41,684 bases of DNA from Chrysochromulina tobinii. Lineage: Eukaryota. Shown in pieces: positions 1 through 10,306 of this stretch (the stretch's first letter is position 1; each line of letters starts with the position of its first letter). The position numbers and the translations under genes were made by a program. The stretch spans positions 1 to 41,684 of the forward strand of contig JWZX01002170.1 of NCBI GenBank assembly GCA_001275005.1, written 5' to 3'. Below the pieces are notes generated by a model. The model had not been told where the DNA came from. It saw only the letters and a list, made by a program, of their open reading frames with translations, and searched no databases.

Positions 1-2
1 GC

Positions 3-740
3 GCGCGATCCCGCGGGCGAGGGCGGCGTGCTGCTGCTGCTGCTGCTGCTGCCGCCGCCGCCGCCGCCGAGCAGCAGCAGAGCAGCAGCAGCGTCTGAGG
101 AAGCAGCAGCAGAGGCGACGGCACGTCGCGCCTCGGGGCCCGGTGTGGGTGCGGGCGACGATGGGATGCGCAGCGCCGGCCGCTGCAGCTGCGCGACGCG
201 GAGCGCCTGCCGGAGCGCGGCAGAGCGCTGCTCACCCACGGCCGCGAATCCGTCGCGCTTGGCCAGCTCGGCCTTGAGCTTCTGCTCGCGCTCGCGTGCG
301 AGCTGCAGCTGCTGACGGCCCGCCGAGCGGGCAAGGTCGAGGCGCGTGAGCGAGCTGCGCACCTGGCTGGTACTGGATGGCGGCCTCTCGAGCAGCGCGC
401 TGCCGAACCGCCTGCTGACGTCCCGATTGAGCTGCGCAGCGAGGGAGGCGCCGCTGTCGTCGCCGGCGGATGCGGCTGCTGGTACGCGCGAGCGCCGCAT
501 GGGAACTTTGGGAGAGCTGCTGTTGGTGTTGGGGCTCGCCTCGGAGCTGCTGCTGCCTCCAATCGGGAAGAGCGCACGGGCTCGCCGGGCCGCATCATTA
601 GAGGCAATGGTCGCGGCTGCATTGGCAGCGAGGCGGTTCGCGGGCACGAGCACGCGCCGCGGGCCGTCGCCGTACTGGCGCTGTGGCGGAGAGGCCGCAT
701 CCTCTGACGAGGAGGGCGACGAGAACGGCATTGGCGGCAT
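3..740 (-). CDS. Hypothetical Ser/Ala/Pro-rich protein with short coiled-coil, N-terminal part (runs off the left edge)
   Basis: Manual translation of the minus strand from ATG 740 (MPPMPFSSPSSSEDAASPPQRQYG...QLAREREQKLKAELAKRDG...) has no stop before the window edge. Absent from the ORF track because it is open-ended. Divergent from NUP50, 195 bp apart. Confidence 0.6.
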   Translation of the reverse strand, partial: MPPMPFSSPSSSEDAASPPQRQYGDGPRRVLVPANRLAANAAATIASNDAARRARALFPIGGSSSSEASPNTNSSSPKVPMRRSRVPAAASAGDDSGASLAAQLNRDVSRRFGSALLERPPSSTSQVRSSLTRLDLARSAGRQQLQLAREREQKLKAELAKRDGFAAVGEQRSAALRQALRVAQLQRPALRIPSSPAPTPGPEARRAVASAAASSDAAAALLLLGGGGGGSSSSSSSTPPSPAGSR

Positions 741-935
741 ATGCAAAAGGCTCGAGCCGCGACGCGGAGTGGTTCGCGCCGGACGCGAGCGCGCGAAGAG
801 AGCGCTCGTCTCGCGCCAAATGAGAGAACTTGTAATGGGGTGGAAAGGTCGTTGTCATTTTTCTCATCTTCAGATTGTGCCTCTGTTTACACCGGGTTCG
901 ATTGAGCGCTGTGAACTTCTCCCCCGCGCGTCGCC

Positions 936-2691
936 ATGTCGGGCAAGCGGGGCGCCGATGTGCAGATCAACAATGAGATGACCGAGGAGGAGCTGAACGG
1001 GGGCAGCGGGGAGCCTGTCGGTACGTGGGAAAGGGCAGACGATGTACGCGCATACACACGCACGCACAAACACCACAGCATCAGTTCAACCCTCACTGAC
1101 ACCCTCGCGAATCTCTCCACGCATGCAGGCGGTGCTCGCGCAGCGCCAAATCCGTAAGGCCAAACGTCCCACCCGTGGAGACAGCGCCGACTCGTCCTCC
1201 AGCGCCACCTCCCATTCGAATCCGTTTGCCTCCGTTAACCTGGTTGCTGGCGGCGCACCGGCAGCCGCAGCCGGCGGCTTCTCATTCGGCGCACCAGCTG
1301 CCACCGGCGGATTCGGCGGATTCGGCGCCGCGGCTGCTCCTGCTCCTGCGCCGGCGGCCACATACGGTGCACCAGCTGCCGTCGCCGGCAGCTTTGGTGG
1401 TTTCGGCGGCTTCGGTGCCGGAGCAGCTGCCGCGCCTGCTCCTGCCTTGGGCGGCTTTTCCTTCGGCGGCGCCGCTGCCAGCACGCCCGCGCCCGCGCCC
1501 GCAGCGTCGGGCGGCTTCGGCTGTGGTGCCGCAGCCGCCCCCGCTCCCGCGCCGCTCGGCGGCTTCGGCTTTGGTGCCGCGGCCGCCCCCGCACCAACGG
1601 CCGCGCCCGCCGCCGCCGCGCCCGCCGCCAAGCCCGCCGACGCCGCCGCTCCGAAGCGCGCCGCTCCCCCCGCGTCGGTCGAGGACCTCAAGGCGCTCAA
1701 CGCCGAGTTTCTCGAGCACCTGGAGAACGAGTGGCAGCGAGGGTCGCGTTGCACGGACTGGAGTGAGGCGGTGCAGCAGTACCTTGACCAACGCGACGCG
1801 CTCGCCACAGTCAGTGGTCGCAGCTCCACTGCCAACGGAGCCTCGATCCCCGCCGCAACGGCGCCCGCGCCGATTTTGGGGACGGCGGCGCCCGCGCCCG
1901 CCGCGCCAATGTTTGGGACGGCGGCGCCCGCGCCCGCGCCAATGTTTGGGACGGCGGCGCCCGCGCCCGCGCCAATGTTTGGGACGGCGGCGCCCGCGCC
2001 AATGTTTGGGACGGCGGCGCCCGCGTCTGCTCCGGGTGGCTTTGCCTTCGGAGGCAGCGCCGCCGCGCCGCCCGCATTCGGCACCGCTGCGCCGCCCGCA
2101 TTCGGTGGTTTCTCCTTCGGCGCGGGCGTCGCGGCGCCGCCCGTTCTGCCGACGCTGGGCGGCTTCGGCGCACCCGCGCCCGCTGCGCCGGCGCCTGCCC
2201 CCGCTGCCAAGCCGGTGATGGCATCCGCGCCACTGCCGACCGCAGGCGGCGAGGGTGACGCGGTCGCAAAGCACAAGTGCGTGTGCAAGGTCTCCGTCTT
2301 TCGGCAGGAGAAGAAGAATGATCAGGGGGAACTGATTCAAGAGAAGGGATGGAAGCCGATCGGCACAGGACAGCTGCGCCTTCTCTTCGACGACGGCGTG
2401 CATTTCGTGGAGTTCCGCCCGGTTGTGCAGGATGGAACGGCGGCTGAGGACGCAGAGGGCGGAGGGAGTGATGAGATGATCGGGCAGAAAAAGTACGGCC
2501 GCCCCGTGCTCACCGCGCGCCTTGCCGCCACGACCAAGTTTGAGGTCAACAACAAGGCCGTGCAGGTCAATCTGAGCTCAACCGACGCCGCCGGACAACC
2601 TGTCTACGCGCGCTACAACATCAACATCGGCGGTGTGGCAGAGGCAGCCGAATTCGGAGCCCTCGCCAACAGTCTGTGCCCGAAGGCGTAA
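936..2691 (+). CDS. NUP50: Nucleoporin Nup50/Nup2 (exons 936-1043, 1129-2691; 556 aa)
   Basis: The spliced N-terminus MSGKRGADVQINNE...VGTWERADD|AVLAQRQIRKAKR matches the Nup50/Nup2 importin-alpha-binding N-domain. Also FG/FSFG repeats, a central LKALN...DWSEAVQQYL helix typical of Nup50, and a C-terminal RanBD/PH-like domain (KVSVF...WKPIGTGQLRLL). Confidence 0.88.
1044..1128 (+). other. Spliceosomal intron of NUP50 (85 nt, GT-AG, phase 0)
   Basis: gat|GTACGC...ccctcactgac...gcatgCAG|gcg; removal joins ORF 936 in frame to ORF 1042 and restores the Nup50 motif. Confidence 0.85.
1863..2026 (+). repeat. Coding tandem repeat (APAPMFGTA-type FG repeat units) in NUP50
   Basis: About five copies of ttt/ttg-gggacggcggcgcccgcg with variable APA spacers. 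Confidence 0.85.
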
Positions 2692-3144
2692 GCAGCAGCA
2701 GCAGCAGGCGACGCAGCAGACGAAGTAGCCGAAGGGGTAGCGAAGGGGGCGAGAGGCCGGGGGAGCGAGGGCAGAGAGACGAGGCAACGCTGCGCTCTAT
2801 TGCGTGTCGCCGTCGTATGCGACCGTTATGTGCCACATGCTCATGTGCCGATGTCCGACGGCGCTGTGGCGCGATGTGGCTCGCCCCAAGGAAGAGGGCG
2901 AAAGGGCCAAGAGGCGTTGGCCGTTGGCGACTGCCCGAGCGTGCATGTGTCACCCGAAACATGTCTAAGAGTGCCGACATCCCAGGTTGTCGTTTCGCCC
3001 TCATTTCAGATGCGCCGCCTTTTGAGTGATCCTTGGCTCCAAACTGAGAGCGCCAAACTTGCCGGTCCGTTTCGTAAAGGCGGCGACGACGGGACGCACG
3101 CACGCTCCAGGACGTGCGGCGGTAGCCGAACGAACCTTGGTTCG

Positions 3145-6100
3145 ATGGAGGTCAGGCCCCCGCTGGAGGTCTCAAGCGGCTGGGACCCAGAGCTGGGAGC
3201 CCTGAGCCCCAATACAACCGTGATTTACCTGCCAGGCGCGAGTGAGTCGAGAACCATTACAGGCTCCCTACCGGCTTCTAAGTCATTGTCGGCGTTAGTG
3301 CCTCCACCAAAGCTTCGCGGCAAGCCGAAGTCACCGATTAACCTGTGGCCTGGTGGGCGCCCACCATCGAGTCCGGTGAGCCATCTTTTCCCCGGGCGGT
3401 CCCCGAGGACGCCATCGCCAACTGGCAACCCAGCCATGCTTTCGACAATGGCGGCCTCGCCGCCAGAGAGGTGGATGAGCTGGCAGAGTCCAAGTCTTGC
3501 TACGGCGGCCCAGCCCCTGCTCGGGCAGTCGCCCGAACAGCAGAGGATCATGGTTGCAGGTCTGCGCGGGTGCATCGATCAGCTGCAGGCCAAGCTCCTC
3601 GAGCAGCGCGAGGCGCTCAAGTCCGAGCGAAACAGCATGCGGCGTACGATCGAACAGCAGCAAAGAGAGCTGACCGCTGCAAATCGGACGAACGCTGAGT
3701 TCAACGAAGAGCTGTCGCAGCTTATGGATGAGCACCTAGCAGCGAAAGCGACCATCGACAGGTTCAACAGCCTACCACCGGACTACAAGAACCTGAGGAA
3801 GATCGAGAAGTTGACTGCGGAAGTTGCTGCCCTGCAGGCAAGGCTTGACGAGGCACACAAGGCAGCTTCAGCGGCCGCGACCAGTCACGAGGAGTTGCGC
3901 CGTGCAGAGCAGGTAGCGGCCAACGCCGAGCACAAGAAGCTTCGCAAGGAGCTCCGCAGCGAGCATCAGACTGTGTCCCGCTTGTATCAGGAGGGCAAGG
4001 TCATGATGTCGGAGCTCAGCGAGCTCCGGCCTATGCGTGAAGAGCTTGCCAGATGGCGTCCCGCCTTCGCAATGCGCAATACGACATGGAAGGCGGAAGT
4101 GAAGGGCTTGGAGGCGGAAGTGACAGCAATGATGGAGTTCATGGCGGTGGCGGCAGCAGAAAATCGGACCACCAGGAACCTCTACGCCGGAGAGTGCCAT
4201 TTGGCGGAGCGGGAAGTGAGTGCCTTGGAATCGCTGCTCGCAAGTACACAAGCCGCCCTCAGTGACTCACAGAGCGAGTGCGCGCAGTACCACTTTGAGA
4301 ACCAAGGCATGCGAGCAGAGATCCAACGGTTGCAGAGCGAGCTGAATGTAGCCAATGGGCAGATCTCTGACCAGCGTACCCACATCGATGAGATGACTCT
4401 GCTGCTCGATCAGGCGGCCAAGGCTGCCACCGAGAAAAACAAGTCGTCCATTATGCAAAAGTGGACAGGTGCGGCTGCCTCGGGCAAACTGCTGGAAAAG
4501 AATACAGAGCTGCGGAGCGAGATGGAACGGTTGCAGAACGAGCTGAATGCAGCGACTGCGCAACTCGCCGAGAAGAGTGAGACCATCGAAAAGATGTCTC
4601 TGATGCAAGCAGAGGCAGCGGCAGCTGCCACTGAGGCGGCGGCTGCCTTTGCTCGTCTGCAAGGCACGAACGGAGAGCTGCAAAGCGCGAATCAGCGGTT
4701 GCAGACTGAGCTGAATGCAGTGACTGGGCAACTCGCCGAAAAGCGTACGAAACTCGAAGCGATGACCGAGCGACTTCTCCAGATGGCTCAGACGCAAGCA
4801 GAGACGGCGGCGTCTATCGTACGGATGCAAGCAGAGCAGGCGGCATCTGTCGCAACAGTAACGGCGGCCTCGGCTAAACTGCAAGACAAGAATGAGGAGC
4901 TCCAAAGCGAGAAGCAACAGTTGCAGAGGGAGCTGGATGCAACGATCGGGCAGCTGGCCGAGCAGCGTGCAATTGCCGAGGCCATGTCTCAGATGCATGC
5001 AGAGGCGATGGCAGCTGCGGCAGAGGCGGAGGCTGCCTTGGCTCGACTGGAGGACAGGTATACAGATGCTCCACCACCTGCGACCAAAGAGGACGCCAAG
5101 CTGGAAGCAACTGCGCGCGTGCAAGCCTTAGCCACTAAGTTCCAGTCTGCCGTCCGCGGCTTGTTTGCACGCATGGAGCGTGACAGACGACTTATGACCG
5201 TCAGCGTGAAGGTCGACGAGTCGGGCCAAACATCCTTGAATTCGCTCTTTGGAGGCATCGACCTCTCTGAGCCCACGCCCAGAGCCCCCGAAGCCACCGA
5301 GACACCGAAGAGGATCGTGGACGCGCCCGTTATGGTCGCGGACGGACCAGATCTCCCAGATCTCCCGCAATTTGTGGCCATCAGTCTCGATATCGAAGAG
5401 TCGAGCCACACGTTCATTGAGGTGAATGCACTCTCGGCGCCTGAAGCACTCGTGGCCGTCGCCATCGACATCGAAGAATCATGCCACGCGTCATTTGAGA
5501 TCAACGCTCTCCCAGAAGGGCTCGTTAGCATCGAGTTGCCCGTGCGTCCATCGAGTCGCGCGTCCATGAGGCTTGACACTGTCTCTGTCCCTGATGCGCT
5601 CGTGAGCCATGTGAGCGTCGATTATCTCGTGCGTCCTTCAAGTCGCGCGTCCGTGAGGCTCGAGACTCTCCCTGACGTCGATGTCGATGCCGAGGAGTCC
5701 ATCCAAGCACCCTCTGAGATAGATGCTTTCCCTCAAGCGACGGGCGGCGCCGTCTGTGACGATGCCGGGCTTAAAGACAGCCTCGCTGAGGGAAGCGCTT
5801 GGGCCGCAGCCAAGCGACGGGCACGGCTGCGGATCCTCCACTATGTGACGCGCCTGCAAGCCCGTTCGCGAGGCATGAAGGCTCGGGCTGAGCGCGATCG
5901 CGAGCTTGGGCTCCTCAACATCCAGATTGCCCATGCACTCGTCGAGCTGAATCTTGATGTTGATGAGTCGGGGAATGTGTCAATGATTGCGTCTTGGTTT
6001 GCGAATCTTGGCGACCGTAGCACCAGGGAACGCATCAGAAATGAGCCAGCTGGTTGGCCGGCCGCAAAGCGATGGGCAAAGCTGCGGGTCATCAAAGCTT

Positions 6101-6816
6101 TGACGTGGGTCCAAGCGCATGCGCGAGGCATGAAGGGCCGGGCTCGGGCTCAGGCTCAGCGCGACCGCCAGCTCATCTCGGCAACAACGCCTGCTGCAAA
6201 TGGACGGCCCAAAACCCCTGCGGAGGTTTTGGTGGAGGGGGTGATCGCCGCGAGTGTCCTGGCTGTTACCGAGCCTTGGGGGATGACCGCTGAAAGGCCC
6301 AAGACCCCTGGGGAGTTTGTGGCAGAGGGAGCGATCGCTGCGAGCATCCTGGCCGTTACCGAGCCTTGGGGGATGACCGCTGAGAGGCCCAAGACCCCTG
6401 GGGAGTTTGTGGCAGAGGGAGCGATCGCTGCGAGCATCCTGGCCGTTACGGAGCCTCGGGGGATGACCGCTGAGAGGCCCAAGACCCCTGGGGAGTTTGT
6501 GGCAGAGGGAGCGATCGCTGCGAGCATCCTGGCCGTTACGGAGCATCGGGGGATGACCGCTGAAAGGCCCAAGACCCCTGGGGAGTTTGTGGCAGAGGGA
6601 GCGATCGCTGCGAGCATCCTGGCCGTTACGGAGCCTTGGGGGATGACCGCTGAAAGGCCCAAGACCCCTGGGGAGTTTGTGGCAGAGGGAGCGATCGCTG
6701 CGAGCATCCTGGCCGTTACCGAGCCTTGGGGGATGACCGCTGAAAGGCCCAAGACCCCTGGAGAGAAGATGGTCGAGGACGTGATCACTGGTGTACTGGC
6801 TCATGCCAGCGAGTAG
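3145..6816 (+). CDS. Large coiled-coil protein with three IQ (calmodulin-binding) motifs and a C-terminal 30-aa tandem repeat
   Basis: Long ORF (track 2800..6816; ATG 3145 chosen as likely start). Extended heptad region; IQ-like motifs KFQSAVRGLFAR, RLQARSRGMKAR and WVQAHARGMKGR; repeat tail. Confidence 0.75.
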   Translation: MEVRPPLEVSSGWDPELGALSPNTTVIYLPGASESRTITGSLPASKSLSALVPPPKLRGKPKSPINLWPGGRPPSSPVSHLFPGRSPRTPSPTGNPAMLSTMAASPPERWMSWQSPSLATAAQPLLGQSPEQQRIMVAGLRGCIDQLQAKLLEQREALKSERNSMRRTIEQQQRELTAANRTNAEFNEELSQLMDEHLAAKATIDRFNSLPPDYKNLRKIEKLTAEVAALQARLDEAHKAASAAATSHEELRRAEQVAANAEHKKLRKELRSEHQTVSRLYQEGKVMMSELSELRPMREELARWRPAFAMRNTTWKAEVKGLEAEVTAMMEFMAVAAAENRTTRNLYAGECHLAEREVSALESLLASTQAALSDSQSECAQYHFENQGMRAEIQRLQSELNVANGQISDQRTHIDEMTLLLDQAAKAATEKNKSSIMQKWTGAAASGKLLEKNTELRSEMERLQNELNAATAQLAEKSETIEKMSLMQAEAAAAATEAAAAFARLQGTNGELQSANQRLQTELNAVTGQLAEKRTKLEAMTERLLQMAQTQAETAASIVRMQAEQAASVATVTAASAKLQDKNEELQSEKQQLQRELDATIGQLAEQRAIAEAMSQMHAEAMAAAAEAEAALARLEDRYTDAPPPATKEDAKLEATARVQALATKFQSAVRGLFARMERDRRLMTVSVKVDESGQTSLNSLFGGIDLSEPTPRAPEATETPKRIVDAPVMVADGPDLPDLPQFVAISLDIEESSHTFIEVNALSAPEALVAVAIDIEESCHASFEINALPEGLVSIELPVRPSSRASMRLDTVSVPDALVSHVSVDYLVRPSSRASVRLETLPDVDVDAEESIQAPSEIDAFPQATGGAVCDDAGLKDSLAEGSAWAAAKRRARLRILHYVTRLQARSRGMKARAERDRELGLLNIQIAHALVELNLDVDESGNVSMIASWFANLGDRSTRERIRNEPAGWPAAKRWAKLRVIKALTWVQAHARGMKGRARAQAQRDRQLISATTPAANGRPKTPAEVLVEGVIAASVLAVTEPWGMTAERPKTPGEFVAEGAIAASILAVTEPWGMTAERPKTPGEFVAEGAIAASILAVTEPRGMTAERPKTPGEFVAEGAIAASILAVTEHRGMTAERPKTPGEFVAEGAIAASILAVTEPWGMTAERPKTPGEFVAEGAIAASILAVTEPWGMTAERPKTPGEKMVEDVITGVLAHASE
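6205..6770 (+). repeat. 90-bp coding tandem repeat, about 6.3 copies (RPKTPGEFVAEGAIAASILAVTEPWGMTAE)
   Basis: aagacccctg recurs at 6301, 6391, 6481, 6571, 6661 and 6751, with a divergent first copy at 6211; the inner units are near identical. Confidence 0.95.
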
Positions 6817-6847
6817 GCGGCATTGTGCATGTGAGCTGGCCTTTCGT

Positions 6848-6892
6848 CAGCTCATCTGACAGCTCATCTGACAGCTCATCTGACAGCTCATC
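6848..6892. repeat. 12-bp tandem repeat (cagctcatctga) x3.7 in 3' flank
   Basis: Direct reading of the sequence. Confidence 0.9.
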
Positions 6893-7807
6893 GCGCTGGC
6901 TGATCGTCAACTCATCGCTCTGAGTATGGATGTCGAGCAAGGCGTCGATGGCTTCTTCAAGAACGGGTTCTTCGTGGCATGTCATTCCAAGCATGCATGG
7001 TCCACATGCCCCAGGCCTTCAGTAGGCCTTTTCAGTGGCCACGCCCACAGCGAGCATGTTGCACGGTGAGATGGTGATGCAAACGGAGAGGGGTCAATGG
7101 GCTACTGGTGTGCACAGAGTGTGCTTCATGATGGACCTACAGTTGGCGCGAGGGTCGCGGGTGGCGGGTAAAGTAACGTAACCGGTCTACAGCTGTATGC
7201 GGTTCAACGCGCGGGAACCGTAACGCATAACGCATGTGTAAAAGCCGGGGGCCGGCGGAGAGCCGGGAGGCCGGTGCCGGTATGGTGCATGCTAAAAGCA
7301 ATTGGCTAAATGATCTCACTAAAAATTGTGCATGGTACATGGACGATGGAGCGCTGCTCGTGTGGCTCGTCCGCGGCGCGTTCGCACAGTGCAATTGCCA
7401 ATTCCAGATTCCATGCAGCATGTACGTTCGCCTTCTATGTTGTGCCACTCGAGCCGAACTTGTGTACCGCTATATTTTACGGAGCAAATATGAAGCGTTC
7501 GATGGATAGCTCCGTAAAAATGAAGCTATCATATTTACGGACCTATCAAGCTTACTGACACAATGTATTAATATCATGTTTCTGGTTAGGTGAAGGGCGG
7601 GGCTTCACAGCTGTCTCCTGCGGATCGCCCAACTCTGTGTGAAACGGCTGTGCGCCGGAGCTGCTGCGGACGATTGAGAAGGCTCCTCTCACAGCACTAC
7701 TGTACTCACAGTGAAAAGGTCGTGCATTGTTCGTGCTGCTTTCATGGGAGTCGTCACTCTTGGGTTGAACTCTTGGGCTGGGGTGTGTGTGCGAGCGAAG
7801 CAGCAGA

Positions 7808-10196
7808 ATGTTCTGGCACTGGCTCGCTGTCACCACTATCGGCGCTGTCACCACTATCGACTCTAAGGCTGCCGTCGTCGATCCGGCCAGCTACCACGCA
7901 GCAGTGGATGCGTTCCGCCAAGCCATCGAGGCCGCACCGGCCGAGGCCGCGTCAAAGATGCAGCTGGCCGAGCTGCTCTTGGGGCACGTCACCGGCTGGG
8001 GCCATGCGCCGAGCGATGCACTCGATGCCACGTGCGCCGAAATAGGGTCGCTCATGCGCCAGGTGCTTGATTCGCCCGCGAGCATGGGCTCTTCATCCAG
8101 CGCGGGCCGCCTGCGGCACTCAGCCGCGCTCTTCCACGCTCGAGCACTTCGGGTGCATACGAAGAGTCGCGACAAGGCGGCTGCCTTCCTGCAGGAGGAG
8201 CTCGCGCGCGACGGTCTCACTCAAAAGCGCCGTATCGAGCTGATGATCGAGCAGGCGCACCAGTACCTGCAGCATTACGATCTTGCCGAGGCACTCAAGC
8301 TCTACCAGGCCGCCTACGACGCCGCACCGCAGCATGCACCGGCATTCGCTAGCGTGCGGCATGCGGCCAAGCAAGGCGGCGCGATGGTGCTGGCGGTGCA
8401 GGCGCGCTGCATGATGCCCGCGCACACGGGCAGCGTAGAGGCGTGCCAAGAGGCCCTCGCCATCTTCCTTGAGGTGCCTGATGAGCACATGGAGCCGACG
8501 AGCTGGATGATGCGAGGTTACATCCTACGGTGATTGCATCTCGAGTACACCCTGTAAATGGATTGCATCTTGATTGCATCTTGTAAATGGATTGCATCTC
8601 GAGTGCACCCTGGTTGTAAATGGATTGCATCTTGATTGCATATTGATTGCATATTGATTGCATATTGATTGCATCTGATGGTTCAATCTGATCACATCTG
8701 ACTGAGTCCCTCATCAGGTACCACGCGCTGCCTCCCTAATGACCTCTGATGGCCTCTCATGACCTCTGATTGCCTCCTTCCTCAGGTACCACGCGCTGCC
8801 TCCCGACCCCGTGGGCGCGCTGCATGCGGCGCAGAAGGCGGTGGCGCGCGCGCCGAGTGACAGGGATTGGTGGATCCGTCTTTCGAACTGGGCTCGAGAG
8901 GCGCACGCGCGCAGCAGCAGTACCTCGACGCAGCAGTACATCGAGGCGGCCCGCACAGCCATGCAGCATGCACGGACGCTCGAGGCGAGCGCCCCAGGCT
9001 CGTGGGTGCAAAGGCTTGATGTGGAGCTCCAAACAGCGCTCGAAACGGCGCTCCAAACGGCGCTCGAAACGGCGCTCGTAACGGCGCTCGAAACGGAGCT
9101 CCAAACAGCGCTCGAAACGGCGCTCGTAACGGCGGGCGCGACGGCGGGTGCGACGGCGGGTAAGGCGCAGGAGGCGTGCGATGCTCAGCCCACCACCGCG
9201 GAAAGTGCCTTCCCCAGCATCGGAGGCGAGGGCGGCGGCACGGCTGCCCAGTTGGAGAGATGCACCGTGATTGAGGCTTCGGATCTCGCCGCAGCCTTGC
9301 CGCGGCTTGTGGGCGCCCGGCACGGCGCCCGAAGGCCATTCATCGTACGCAACTCGACCCGCGAGCTCACCGACGTCGCGCACTGGACCACAGCGAGCTT
9401 GCAATCTCTCGTCGGCGAGGTGCTCGTGGAGGCGGCCTTCACGACGCCCGAAGGCGAGTTGAACACATTCGAGCCACTGAGCGCGTGGCAGGATTGGTTC
9501 GCGGCGAACCAATTCGCCTTCGCGCAAGGTGTCGAGGGGGTGCTTGTGCGCCCTATCCAGAAGGTGCTGCGGATGCGCCAACTGTTCGCTCTCTGGCGCA
9601 GCGGTGCGACGTCCGCGGCAGGCGTGAACGGCCGGCCGTACCTCCATCAGTCCGAGCTGCACCTCAATCTGCCCTCTCTGCTAGCACTCATCTCGGCGCC
9701 CGCGTGGGCGAGCCGGCAGCCCAACTGGCTGCCCAAGGAGACGAACCTGTGGCTCTCGGCCGGCGATACTATGACCTCTCTGCATCAGGACACGACCGAG
9801 AATATCATGGCGCAGGTGAGGGGCACAAAGGAGTTTCTACTTTTCGCGCCCGAGGAGAAGGGTCACTTGTACTACCAGCGCGTGATGGAGGTGGCGCGCA
9901 ACTCGCGCGAGACGGGCAACATCTTCGTGGGCAAGACGGGTCGGGGCGATTCGGCCAACCACGGCCTCGTCAACGTGCGCGAGCCCGACCTAGTCAAGCA
10001 TCCCTTGTACGCAAGCGCGCGGGGGCTGCGCTGCCGCATCGGCCCGGGCGATGCGCTGTACGTGCCCGGCGAGTGGCACCACGCGGTCTACTCGTCGTGC
10101 TCCAAAGCCGAGCGCGCGGCCGAGGCGGCGTGCAACGTGGGGCTCAACTACTGGTATGTGGACGTGACGCGGAAGGGCGCACTTCAAACAGGATGA
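7808..10196 (+). CDS. TPR-like + JmjC (cupin_8, JMJD7/FIH/TYW5-like) 2-oxoglutarate/Fe(II) oxygenase (exons 7808-8529, 8786-10196; 710 aa)
   Basis: JmjC motifs NLWLS...TSLHQDTTENIMAQVRGTKEFLLF and GPGDALYVPGEWHHAV...NVGLNYWY (HxD...H triad). TPR-like helices (YHAAVDAFRQAIEAAP; LAEALKLYQAAYDAAP). The phase-2 intron joins ORFs 7787 and 8811 in frame. Hydrophobic N-terminus. Confidence 0.85.
8530..8785 (+). other. Spliceosomal intron (256 nt) filled with gattgcat-type ~11-bp repeats and containing a duplicated acceptor junction
   Basis: ctacg|GTGATT...tgcctccttcctCAG|gtaccac; the join gives ILR-YHALPPDPVGALHAA in frame. Confidence 0.85.
9024..9133 (+). repeat. 12-bp coding repeat (ALET/ALQT/ALVT) in the TPR-JmjC linker
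   Basis: gcgctcgaaacg / gcgctccaaacg / gcgctcgtaacg units encode ELQTALETALQTALETALVTALETELQTALETALVTA. Confidence 0.9.
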
Positions 10197-10306
10197 TATT
10201 GACCGGAGTGCGTCTAGTTCGGTGATGTGATTGAAGAAGATAGTTTCAAGTTTGACATAATTGGTTTTGCAAGTTTACAAGTCGCAATTGTAAAACCAAT
10301 TACAAT

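Noticed and set aside
28..981. Plus-strand ORFs 28..315 and 346..981 as genes
   Set aside because: They read as antisense of an uninterrupted minus-strand frame from ATG 740, and the second overlaps the NUP50 start.
1086..2403. Long antisense and alternate-frame ORFs over NUP50 (similarly 16634..17953, 26922..27947, 5980..6804, 40788..41396)
   Set aside because: Expected shadows of GC-rich coding sequence; the other frame or strand carries the recognisable protein.
6205..6770. Regular repeats resembling a CRISPR array
   Set aside because: Head-to-tail 90-bp units with no unique spacers, in frame within a eukaryotic CDS; no cas genes.
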